A DNA stretch of 64,000 nucleotides from Candidatus Latescibacterota bacterium (lineage in GTDB: Bacteria > Latescibacterota > UBA2968 > UBA8231). The stretch covers positions 3,872,001 through 3,936,000 of the forward strand of contig OY730476.1 in the NCBI GenBank assembly GCA_963422735.1, given 5' to 3'. Shown one piece after another: positions 40,844 through 49,749 of the stretch; positions within the stretch are counted from its first letter, which is position 1; each line of letters starts with the position of its first letter. Under the pieces are notes generated by a model. It was not told the DNA's origin and ran no database searches. It saw only the letters and a program-made list of their open reading frames with translations. The position numbers and the translations under genes are program-made.

Positions 40844-41645
40844 GCAATATCTCCTGAATACCAAGCAGCTAGCGCAGTTTGTCGCCGACGGCTCTTTGCG
40901 CTTCGACGAACTGGTGCCCGACGAGATCAATCGCGCCGCGTGCGCCGAGATGGAAGCCGGGGTCCCGCGAGGCCGCGCTGGCGCCCCGCTCGCCGAACTG
41001 TGGACCGATGCGGCGATCGGTCGAGTCGTGCGCCTGCCTCAGATCCAGGGGATTATCCACAGTCTGGTCGGCCCCGGCCCGCTCTACGACCACCATGCCG
41101 TGCATACGGTTGATGCTCACCGCGAACATGGGCAGATTTGGCACGCCGACGCGATCATCGACACCCGGCTGCACTTTGACATCCAGCTTTTTTACTTTGC
41201 CCACGACACACCGAGGGAGATGGGCGGCACCATGTTCCTCCCAGGCAGTCACTACCGCCGCATTAGCGAGTCGGATATCGCTCGCTATCAAAACTTCCTA
41301 GGGCAGATGCCGATGGTTTGCAAGGCCGGCACGGTGGCCGTGGCCCACCACGGCATCTGGCACTGCGCCCAGCCAAACCTAACCGGCCGCAAGCGCTATA
41401 TGTTCAAGCTGCGGCTCAATCCCACGGTGCGGCAAAAGAAGCTGTGGAATACCGACGACATCGACGACGCAGAGATCCCCGCGCTACTCAATGCCAATCA
41501 CCGTTGGTACGGCAACGAGGTGCGCTTAGAGGTCGTCAACCGCATCAAGCTGTGGCGCTTCTTGACCGGCGACGAAAGCTACGATGTGTCCTACTGGTTG
41601 TCACGGCTGGAGAACGCACCCGAAAATGAGCTACGGGCGGCGTGA
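40833..41645 (+). CDS. Phytanoyl-CoA dioxygenase family protein
   Basis: WHAD, GGTMFLPGSH, KAGTV...IWH. Confidence 0.82.
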   Translation: MVDRQYLLNTKQLAQFVADGSLRFDELVPDEINRAACAEMEAGVPRGRAGAPLAELWTDAAIGRVVRLPQIQGIIHSLVGPGPLYDHHAVHTVDAHREHGQIWHADAIIDTRLHFDIQLFYFAHDTPREMGGTMFLPGSHYRRISESDIARYQNFLGQMPMVCKAGTVAVAHHGIWHCAQPNLTGRKRYMFKLRLNPTVRQKKLWNTDDIDDAEIPALLNANHRWYGNEVRLEVVNRIKLWRFLTGDESYDVSYWLSRLENAPENELRAA

Positions 41646-41664
41646 ACTGAACGCGCCCCAATGC

Positions 41665-41699
41665 AAAAAGCCGACCCAGCTTTTGGGTCGGCTTTTTTT
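41665..41699. terminator. Bidirectional intrinsic terminator
   Basis: aaaaagccgaccca-gctt-ttgggtcggcttttttt. Confidence 0.9.
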
Positions 41700-41737
41700 G
41701 TAGTGTTCATTGTATCGGCCTAGCGGCGTGGTGCTTC

Positions 41738-42493
41738 CTACTCGGAAGGCAAGGGCAATGCAGCGGGTGCGGGACTCGTGAAGATCGAGCGCGGCAGTTC
41801 GTCGAAGACCGCCACGTCGGTGTGCTGGCGCTCGCCGCGACCGTCGGAGAGCAAAATGGATCCGTGGCGTTGCCAGTTGGTCCAAGGGCCGGTAAAGCGC
41901 GGTTCGGCGTCAGCGGCCTCGCGGTAGAATGCCCATTGGGTCACTAACCGCGATTCTTGGTCGATCCAGACCGCGTATTTGTTCTGCGGAGTGACGCCGA
42001 CATCTTTGAACGTGAGTTCCAGCACTTCGGCTGGCCGGCCGTCTTCGGTGGCTTCTAAACCCCGGTAGCGCAGGGTGACGCCGGTGTCCTTGAGCTTGTA
42101 GGGCATGACTAGCCAGTACGAATCGTTGATATAGGCTCGATAGCCGTGGTCGAGTTTGGCTGCGAGAGTGTCGGGGTCGCTTATCTTCGCACCAGCGGCG
42201 AAGGCGCGGCCCTCTTTGCTGTGGATATTCATCAGTACCGTCAGATCGCCTTGCTCAAAGCGGATGTTCCCAGTCCACTTGTCCCACACGTGTAAGCGAA
42301 AACCGAAAAAGCGCCAAGTGATGTAGCGAGTGGCGTCCCAGTTGGCGCGCCCGCCCATCGCGGCCATGACTTCGTCGGCTAGGGCTATGGCTTTGGGATC
42401 GGAACCGATGGCGTTGAAGCCGGGGGCTGCGGGATTGTCGGCAGCATGAGCCGGGCCGATGCAAAAGAAAAAGGCTAAGAGTAAGTGGGGCAT
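41738..42493 (-). CDS. Secreted hypothetical protein (LolA-like / DUF6503-like)
   Basis: Signal peptide, AMGG...W, NDSYWLVMPYKL.D.GV, GVTP.N.Y. Confidence 0.7.
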   Translation of the reverse strand: MPHLLLAFFFCIGPAHAADNPAAPGFNAIGSDPKAIALADEVMAAMGGRANWDATRYITWRFFGFRLHVWDKWTGNIRFEQGDLTVLMNIHSKEGRAFAAGAKISDPDTLAAKLDHGYRAYINDSYWLVMPYKLKDTGVTLRYRGLEATEDGRPAEVLELTFKDVGVTPQNKYAVWIDQESRLVTQWAFYREAADAEPRFTGPWTNWQRHGSILLSDGRGERQHTDVAVFDELPRSIFTSPAPAALPLPSE

Positions 42494-42559
42494 GGGAATC
42501 CTTGCGGCTGCGGTGGTCGGAGCTAAAGACTCGGTGCTGAATGCTTGCAAACAAGCTCA

Positions 42560-44383
42560 TTAGGAATGGTCAGATAAAACATCAGGTAACAATTTCTCTA
42601 ACTCGGCCAATGGGGCCTCCAAGGTCTGGATGGCCTCGGTCCAGAACTGGATGTCTTCGAGGTCGCGGCCCAAGGCCCGGCGGGCCACGCCCTCGGCGGT
42701 GTCGCTGCCGGTGAGGCGGAGGAATTCCTCGTAGCGGGGTAGAAAGTCGCTGCCCTCTTGTTTAAACATTGAATACAGGCCGCGGCTGAGTAGGAAGCCA
42801 AAAGTGTAAGGGAAGTTGTAGAAGGTCACGTCGGTGATATAGAAGTGCAGCTTCGAGGCCCAGAAGTAGGGGTCTTCTCCTCCCTGTGCAAGCACATCGC
42901 CAAAGACTTCGCGCTGGGTTTCGACCATCAGCTCTTTGAGGCGACTGACCGTGAGTTCGCCGTCGGCGCGTTCTTCGTAGAGCTTTTTTTCGAACTGGTA
43001 GCGCACGGGTATATCCAGCAAGAAGATCGCGCCGTGGCCGATTTCTTGGTCGAGGGCACTGGCTTTTTGGGCCGGGCTGAAGGAAGGATCGGCGAGGATG
43101 CCCTCGGTGAGGATCATTTCGCCGAAGGTAGAGGCCGACTCGGCCAGAGTCATCGGGTAGAAGTGGGCGTAGGTGCGCATGTCGCGCATGATATAGCTGT
43201 GGAAGGCGTGGCCGACCTCGTGGGCAAGCGTGAGCACATCGCCGAGGGTGTCGTTGTAGGTCATATAGACGCGGGACTCGCGGGTCAACAGCGAACCCGT
43301 GCAGAAGGCACCGGGCCGCTTGCCGGGGCGGGGCGCGTGCTCAATCCATTGGCGTGTGCAGACTTGGCCGAGGAATTCGCCTAGGCGTGGGTAGGCTGCC
43401 GCAAAGGAGCGGGAGACGATATTCTTGGCCTCTTCCCAAGAAAGCTGCCCTTGGTTGGGTAGCGGCAGTGGCGCGCCCAGATCGTACCAAGCTACGCCCT
43501 CGATACCCATGAGCTGCGACTTGAGGGCAAGGATGCGTCGGGGCAGCTCGATTTGCTCGGCGATAGCCGCAAACATCGCGTCGAGGGTCTTGGGCGAAAT
43601 AGACGCTTGGAAGAGCGCGACATCGAGAAAGTGGCCAACGCCGCGGTACTGGTTGAGGGTCAGCCGCGTCCCCGAGATGGCGTTGAGCGCGGCACAGGCG
43701 ACGTCTTCGAGGCTCTCCCAGGCCCGGTTGCCGCCATCGAAGGCGGCTTGGCGGACCCGGCGGTCGGGATCTTCCATCAGGGCGCGGCGCTGCGAGATGG
43801 GGCGACACTCGGTGCGGCCGTCGGGAAACGTCATGTCGAATTCGAGCTTACCGGAGATCGAGTCGTAGAGGCGTCCCCAAGCGTGGAGACCGTCGACGCT
43901 GAGGTCGGCAGAGAGCATCTCCTTCTCCGGACTCATGGTGCGCTGCGCGTCTTCGCGCTGGCGGCGGAGGAAGTGGATGCAGTCGGCCAAGGCGAGCCGT
44001 TGGGCGAACTTGGCAAAAATTTCATCCGAGACATCTTTGAGCGCACGCAGGAGTTCGATATCGAGCTTTGCGCTCTCGGCCGCTAGCAGGGCAAAGGCCG
44101 CCTCCTCGCGGGCGTAGTCTTCATTGCGGGCGTCCGTCGCGGTGAGGCAACCGAGGTAGGAACCTAGATGAGAGAGGCGGTCGGTCAGGCCCTCCGTCAG
44201 GAGGAATATGGCCTCCCAAGCATCGGCATTGTCCTCGGTAAGCGGTGCTAGGGCGGCGGCTTGCTGACGTGCCGCCGCAAGATCTTTTTGCAGTTCATCC
44301 TTGAATTGCTGCATGGCTGGGCTATCAAATTCGGCGAAATAGCTAGTCAGATCCCAGTCCATGGCTGTCGGGGTATTGGTCAT
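42560..44383 (-). CDS. pepF: M3B oligoendopeptidase F
   Basis: WDL, GKRPGAFC, TLAHEVGHAFH, LAESASTF.E, FYNFPYTFG. Confidence 0.92.
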   Translation of the reverse strand: MTNTPTAMDWDLTSYFAEFDSPAMQQFKDELQKDLAAARQQAAALAPLTEDNADAWEAIFLLTEGLTDRLSHLGSYLGCLTATDARNEDYAREEAAFALLAAESAKLDIELLRALKDVSDEIFAKFAQRLALADCIHFLRRQREDAQRTMSPEKEMLSADLSVDGLHAWGRLYDSISGKLEFDMTFPDGRTECRPISQRRALMEDPDRRVRQAAFDGGNRAWESLEDVACAALNAISGTRLTLNQYRGVGHFLDVALFQASISPKTLDAMFAAIAEQIELPRRILALKSQLMGIEGVAWYDLGAPLPLPNQGQLSWEEAKNIVSRSFAAAYPRLGEFLGQVCTRQWIEHAPRPGKRPGAFCTGSLLTRESRVYMTYNDTLGDVLTLAHEVGHAFHSYIMRDMRTYAHFYPMTLAESASTFGEMILTEGILADPSFSPAQKASALDQEIGHGAIFLLDIPVRYQFEKKLYEERADGELTVSRLKELMVETQREVFGDVLAQGGEDPYFWASKLHFYITDVTFYNFPYTFGFLLSRGLYSMFKQEGSDFLPRYEEFLRLTGSDTAEGVARRALGRDLEDIQFWTEAIQTLEAPLAELEKLLPDVLSDHS

Positions 44384-44639
44384 GGGGCGTTTTCCTTGCT
44401 GTGATGTAAGTGCCGGATAAAAATAACAGTCCCCTCTGGCACAAAGGCAAATTGGTCCCTAAACGATGGCCTCTCTATATTGGCCGCTTCTATCTCGTCC
44501 ACTTATTTGCAGAGGTCCGCGATGCTCAAGTGCTCAACTTCCCTGTAGTCGGCCGACTTAGCTAATCTCGCGGCTGATATCCGGCGCGTCGGGGCTTCCA
44601 CCTCGACGTGGCCGATGGCCATTATGCGCCGACGATGCT

Positions 44640-45021
44640 GTTTTTTCCAGAGCTGGTGGCGGCAACCAGTGCCGGATCGCTTGGTGTGGTCCGGGGCGCG
44701 AAGCGGACCAGCGGTTGGCCGTTCTTGCCAATGAGGAATTTCTCGAAGTTCCAAGAGATGTCGCCGAGCGAGATAGGCATAGAGCGGATGACGGTCGGGG
44801 CCGTTGACCTCTATCTTGCCAAAGAGCAGAAACGGGTCTGACAGAAGTCGAGAATTTGCTCCTCGTTGCCCCCGAACTGGTTGCAGGGAAAGCCGAGGAC
44901 CACTAAGCCCTTGGCGATGCAGTGGGCGTATTGCGGGGTCAGGCCGCACTCGCCGAGAAGTGCCTTCGTCGGCATCCTGGCCGCGAATGGTTGGGGCCGT
45001 GAAGTCGTGGACGCTACTCAT
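44640..45021 (-). pseudogene. Glutathione peroxidase, multiply deleted
   Basis: Fragments [45 protein letters not shown] in different frames. Confidence 0.88.
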
Positions 45022-45169
45022 ATTTCTCTCCTTGTAATTCGACGGTTCGGTTGAAGTTGAGTTAAACTCTAATATTGCCGCTCGCCTAGCTGCGTTCAAT
45101 GCCCGGTACATATCCGATGCATCTTGCCTATCTTTTCATGCCCACCTAACACAAGCAGAGAAAGAGATT

Positions 45170-45982
45170 ATGACCGACCGACCGACCATCGAAATTTACT
45201 CAATCGGCACCGAACTTTTAAACGGACAGATCCAAGACACCAACTCTTTCTGGATGGCGCAGCAGATTGCGGCACTCGGCGGCTATGTGCGGCGGATCGC
45301 AATCCTCGACGATGATATGGACGAGTTGACCGGCGTACTCAAAGACGCTTGTCAGCGCGGAACCCGAGTGGTGATCACCACTGGGGGACTTGGGCCGACG
45401 CCCGACGACATGACGGTCGAGGCCATCGCCAAGATCATGGGGGTAGGCATGGAAGTCGATGAAACCTTGGTCAAACACTATATGGAAAGCCGCGGCATCG
45501 AAAAGCGCGCTGACGTCAGCGAAGGGCTGGTCAAGATGGCGACCAAACCGGCAGGTACTTGGGCCCATCCCAACCCGGCGGGCGTGGCGCCCTGCGTGGA
45601 GTCGCAGGTCGGCACGACCACGATTTACAGCCTACCCGGTCCGCCGCGTGAGGTCGAAGCGCTGTTCCGCCAGTCGGTAGAGGATGCCTTGGCCAGGATA
45701 TACGACGATGTGCGGCTCTCGTTGCGGGTCGTCGTCAACCTACCCGAATCGCAGTGCGGCCCGATCCTGCACAGTGTGATGAGCCAATGTCCCAATACCT
45801 ACCTCAAGGCCTTCGTCGCGTTGAGCGAGCGCACTGCCGACGGTCAGCGGCTGCCGGTGGATATCGTCGCTTGGGGCAAGGAGGTTGAGGAGGCGCAGGC
45901 CCTGCTCGACAAGGCTTTGGCGGAGTTTAAAGCTCAGGCGTACGAGAAGGGCAGCGAGGTCGAGATCCGCGACGAGCAATAA
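45170..45982 (+). CDS. CinA-like molybdopterin-binding-domain protein
   Basis: IGTELLNG...DTN, TTGGLGPTPDDMT, NPAGVAP, LPGPPRE. Confidence 0.88.
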   Translation: MTDRPTIEIYSIGTELLNGQIQDTNSFWMAQQIAALGGYVRRIAILDDDMDELTGVLKDACQRGTRVVITTGGLGPTPDDMTVEAIAKIMGVGMEVDETLVKHYMESRGIEKRADVSEGLVKMATKPAGTWAHPNPAGVAPCVESQVGTTTIYSLPGPPREVEALFRQSVEDALARIYDDVRLSLRVVVNLPESQCGPILHSVMSQCPNTYLKAFVALSERTADGQRLPVDIVAWGKEVEEAQALLDKALAEFKAQAYEKGSEVEIRDEQ

Positions 45983-46044
45983 GTACGCTAAGTACCAACG
46001 GCAATGACAGCCTAGCGGTCCCGGTCAATGTGCGGCACGCTTGC

Positions 46045-46460
46045 TTATTCACCGTTGCCACCGAGTGCAGCCCGTTCGTCCTTTGATAATCCATAGAACT
46101 CGAATACAGTCGCATTGCAGGCAGCAATGTTGCGGCTATTGGCAGTGGTCAGTGGTCAGTGGTCAGGGGTCAGGGGTGTTGCATTGCAGGCAGCAATGTT
46201 GCGGCTATTAGCAGCTTCCCCCAGAGCATTGTTGAGTTTTTCATCCGCGTCCTGCCAGTAAGGCAATCGAATACGGCGCAGATATTGCGCCTGAAATCGC
46301 AAGTAGCCGCCGCGCATCCGGGTCGAATAGATCGACACAAGCCCCGATAGCAGCACTGCTTGCAGCGCGTACAAACCCCATTCATCGCTCGTGATAAAAT
46401 AAAGATTGCGGTGCGGGTAAAGCTTGCCGCATTCATAGACGATATGGGCTTGCCATTCTG
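46045..46460 (-). pseudogene. C-terminal remnant of a PaeR7I/Eco57I-like adenine methyltransferase
   Basis: [34 protein letters not shown], and after an insertion ACNATVFEFYGLSKDERAALGGNGE*. Confidence 0.75.
46112..46214. repeat. 34-bp direct repeat enclosing a (CAGTGGT/CAGGGGT)5 heptamer array
   Basis: gcattgcaggcagcaatgttgcggctattRgcag at 46112 and 46181. Confidence 0.9.
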
Positions 46461-46664
46461 AGGCTGCCTCCCCTTTTACCAATGCTGTCAATCGCAACAG
46501 GTTCGACATGATTTATTCCCAAGTGCTCATGGAGCCGTGGACGATTTATACAGCGTGTACCGAAGCATGGAGAAATGGCTGAAGCCGGCATGCGATTGAT
46601 TTCAGTTCGCATGGACTTGCCGCAGAGTGGAACGGGCACTAGGCCTATGGCGATCTAGCTTGGA

Positions 46665-46890
46665 AACTGATCCGGGGCAACCGGATATACCTATTGAACC
46701 GGGAGCATCGGTCAACGCACCTGGCTTTGCTGGAGGAATGCGGCTTTGAAATCCGATGCTTGGTGGACACGAAGAGAGAATCGTTTATCGGGCGGAACGA
46801 GCTCGCATATAGGTTCCAGGACATGTCCGAAGACGATCTGACGACCAGCGGCGCGTTCATTCAGGCATCAAAGCGCAGAGACACCGGAAG
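46665..46890 (+). pseudogene. C-terminal fragment of a probable class I SAM methyltransferase
   Basis: IRGNRIYLLNRE...LAYRFQDMSEDDLTTSGAFIQA. No N-terminus. Confidence 0.4.
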
Positions 46891-47089
46891 CTTGACAATG
46901 GACGCCTCTAGGGCGGATGCCGGGACGCGATTTGATGATCGGCATGTCTAAGGAACGCGGCCCTGCGCCAGGCGGGCTGGACCAGACGAAACCCTTCATT
47001 GACCGGTTTGTTCTGGCCTCGCACCGGCGTGCGGATCGGCAGACGCTGTCCCCTTTCTACTACCTTATACTGACATCCTTCTACTAAGT

Positions 47090-47920
47090 TTAGCCTGAAG
47101 ACGCCCGCGCCGCGCTTAGTGCGTCGTAGCAAAACTGCGCTGTGCTCCAAGCGTCGTACCCGTCTACGTTCCATATCTGACCGGTGACCTCTGGGCAGAG
47201 GTACTGGTCCCAACCGGCGGCTTGCATGGCCTTGCAGTAAGCCCTCATGTCCAGCTTGCCGCTGCCGGGCAGGAGATAGCGGACCCGTCCGTCCTCGTCG
47301 AGATAGCCGTCCTTGATGTGATTGTGGACCGAGTACTGGAGATTCAGGTCAAGCGAGTGCTGCAAGTCGATGCCCTCGACCCAGAAGTGGCTGTAGTCGA
47401 AGTTGAGGCCGAGGTGCGGGTGGTTGGTTTGCTGCATGAGCCAAGCGGCTTTTTCTGGCGTCTCAAAGTCGTCGCCGGCATGCGGCTCGATGGCGACGGT
47501 GACGTCGTATTCGGCAGCCATATCGGCCACCTCGAGTACCAGCCCGACGATGCGCTCCTTGCCGGTCTCCCAAGCGGGTTTGGGATGGCCGAGGGTGGTG
47601 CTGACGACCATAGGGCGGTCGTCGAGCCGAAGTGCGCGGCCCAGCTCAAAGGTCGCCCTAAACTGCGCGAGTGCGGCTGCGCGTCCCTCGCCTTCGACGC
47701 AGGGCGAGAGCAGGGCCATCAATGCCGGGGTCGGGAAGCCGAGCTGGCCGAAGAGGTCGGCGAGTTTTCTGCGTGCGGCCGCGTCCATGTTGGCCGGCTC
47801 GGTTGGCCAGCCGGGGGTGACGGCGATTTCCATGCCCTCGTAGCCCATGTTCGCAAGGCGCGGCAGGGCCCCAAAGACGTCGAGTTGCTTCATTCCATAG
47901 GTGCTGTAGTAGAGTTTCAT
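47090..47920 (-). CDS. Sugar phosphate isomerase/epimerase (TIM barrel)
   Basis: GYEGMEI, AIEPH, NFDYSH, HIKD, LPGSG. Confidence 0.88.
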   Translation of the reverse strand: MKLYYSTYGMKQLDVFGALPRLANMGYEGMEIAVTPGWPTEPANMDAAARRKLADLFGQLGFPTPALMALLSPCVEGEGRAAALAQFRATFELGRALRLDDRPMVVSTTLGHPKPAWETGKERIVGLVLEVADMAAEYDVTVAIEPHAGDDFETPEKAAWLMQQTNHPHLGLNFDYSHFWVEGIDLQHSLDLNLQYSVHNHIKDGYLDEDGRVRYLLPGSGKLDMRAYCKAMQAAGWDQYLCPEVTGQIWNVDGYDAWSTAQFCYDALSAARASSG

Positions 47921-48511
47921 GCGGTGGCAACCTCCTGTTGTGCGCCCATGCGCTCGCGCTCGGCGATGAGCAAGTTGATCCAGTGTTTCACATAGTGCCC
48001 GTGATCGTGCCAAGTGCGGCCGCTGATGAGGTTGCCATCAACGACGCAGGGCGCGTTTATAAAGGTGCCGCCGCAGACTTCGAGGTCGAATTGGCACTTG
48101 GGCACGGTGGCCATGCGTCGCCCCTTGACGCAATCGGCGCGGGCGGGGATTTCAACGCCGTGGCAGACGCAGCCTACGGGCTTGTCGCGGTCAAAAAAGT
48201 AGCGGGTAATGCGAATCAAGTCCGGGTCGTCGCGGATGTATTCTGGGGCGCGCCCCAGAGAAAAAGATCCCCGCGTACTCTGCGGGCACGACGTGGCGGA
48301 AGGCGATGTCCGCTTGGATGGTATAGCCCTCAGATTCGCGGGTGATGTCCCAGCCTGCCGCAGGGACCTCGTGCAGAACCATGTTATAGCGGCGGGCTTC
48401 CGGCCCGGCGACCACGGGTGCGAATCCCTCTTCTTGGACGCGCAGGTAGGGATAGAGCGTATCGACGGTTTCGGTGGCATCGCCGACGATGATGAGGACT
48501 TTGGCGGTCAC
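47917..48511 (-). pseudogene. DJ-1/PfpI family protein with a single frameshift
   Basis: KVLIIVGDATE...GIFFSG in one frame, then GRAPEYIR...CVCHG in another. Confidence 0.85.
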
Positions 48512-48610
48512 TGCATTCTCCCTTGGACGATATGGGCTGGTAGGATACATTTTTCGCGCCGGAAAAACTAACGTGCCATATTGGGCACAGCAAGATGTAA
48601 GGAGGTTATC

Positions 48611-49462
48611 GTGAAATACCGCCGCTTAGGACAGACGGACATGGAGTTGAGCACAATTGGCTTAGGCGGACTGTTGGCCCGCTACGAGGGGGCCAACGGC
48701 CATCCGCCGCCGGCGGAGAAGCGCCGGATTTACCTGCGGGCCGCCGAGCTGGGCATCAATCTCTTCGACATGGGCTACGGCGACGAGGTCCACATCCCCG
48801 ATGAGCTGAAAGGCCCGCGGGACGACCACTTCTTTTCGCTCAAGGTGGGTGCGCCCGCAGCCGCTGAGGTGGAGGGGACTATCGACAAGCACCTCGCCAA
48901 TGTGCGCCGCGAGGCCATCGACATTTTGCGGGTACACCACTATGCCTATCTGCAAAACGAGGGCTTGGCCGAGCGCATCGCCGAGTGTAAGGCCAAAGGC
49001 AAAGTGCGCGCTTTGTGCTTGATTCGGCACATGCTGGCCGACCAACAAGCCTATGCCGAGCGCGGCCCTGAACCCGCAGCGGACGCCGATTTGGTCATCT
49101 ACAACTACGTCTGTCGCTGGCAGGCCCCGGGCATTGCGGCGTCGGCCCGGGCCGGCAAGGGCGTGCTGATTATGAAGGCCTTGGGCGGCCAGTGGCTTAG
49201 CTGGGCCGACAAGACGCAGACCGACTGGTCGGCGGAGACGGAGGCCACAGTCGAGAGGCTTTCGCCACGGGGCGTGGGCATTCGCGGAGAGTTACCGCTG
49301 GTCTATCCGATTGTCTCAGGCCCTTGGCACGAACTGGCCGAGCCGGGCGAGCCGGTGCCGCGCACCGAGCGGGCAATACAGTGGGTGCTGGCGACCGAGG
49401 GGGTACATTGCACTTTGGTGGCCTTTGCCAGCGTCGAGGAATTAGAGGAAGGGTTGGGGTGA
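48611..49462 (+). CDS. Aldo/keto reductase family protein (divergent)
   Basis: KYRRLGQT..LS.IGLG, GINLFD...YG, KGKVR. RBS aaggagg. Confidence 0.8.
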   Translation: MKYRRLGQTDMELSTIGLGGLLARYEGANGHPPPAEKRRIYLRAAELGINLFDMGYGDEVHIPDELKGPRDDHFFSLKVGAPAAAEVEGTIDKHLANVRREAIDILRVHHYAYLQNEGLAERIAECKAKGKVRALCLIRHMLADQQAYAERGPEPAADADLVIYNYVCRWQAPGIAASARAGKGVLIMKALGGQWLSWADKTQTDWSAETEATVERLSPRGVGIRGELPLVYPIVSGPWHELAEPGEPVPRTERAIQWVLATEGVHCTLVAFASVEELEEGLG

Positions 49463-49486
49463 TGGAGGCAAGCGCCGTCAAGTAGG

Positions 49487-49502
49487 AACTGACGTTACGC
49501 AG
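49487..49502. repeat. Copy of the dispersed motif AACTGACGTTACGCAG
   Basis: Matches 53830 and 61162, and the inverted copy at 61340. Confidence 0.7.
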
Positions 49503-49749
49503 CTTCTGGCTGCCCGTACATCGTCATTCCCGCGGACGCGGTTCGGCAGTTTTAACGATACGGCTTGCAGCCCCGACCTACTGGGTCGGCATCTGGGCCG
49601 GGGCCTCTTGCCGGCGGGCGGTTGGTCGGTTTCATGCCGGCGATAGGGGGGGCTGGATGCCTGCTTGTCACGCCTTGCGGCGCGGTGAAGCGCAGGCATG
49701 ACAGAGAGGCCGCGTCGGACTTGCATGATGACGGTTTTCGTTAGGGCTC

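Noticed and set aside
44900-44960. Selenocysteine recoding in the glutathione peroxidase
   Set aside because: The active-site codon is TGC (Cys). The disruptions are deletions, not an in-frame TGA.
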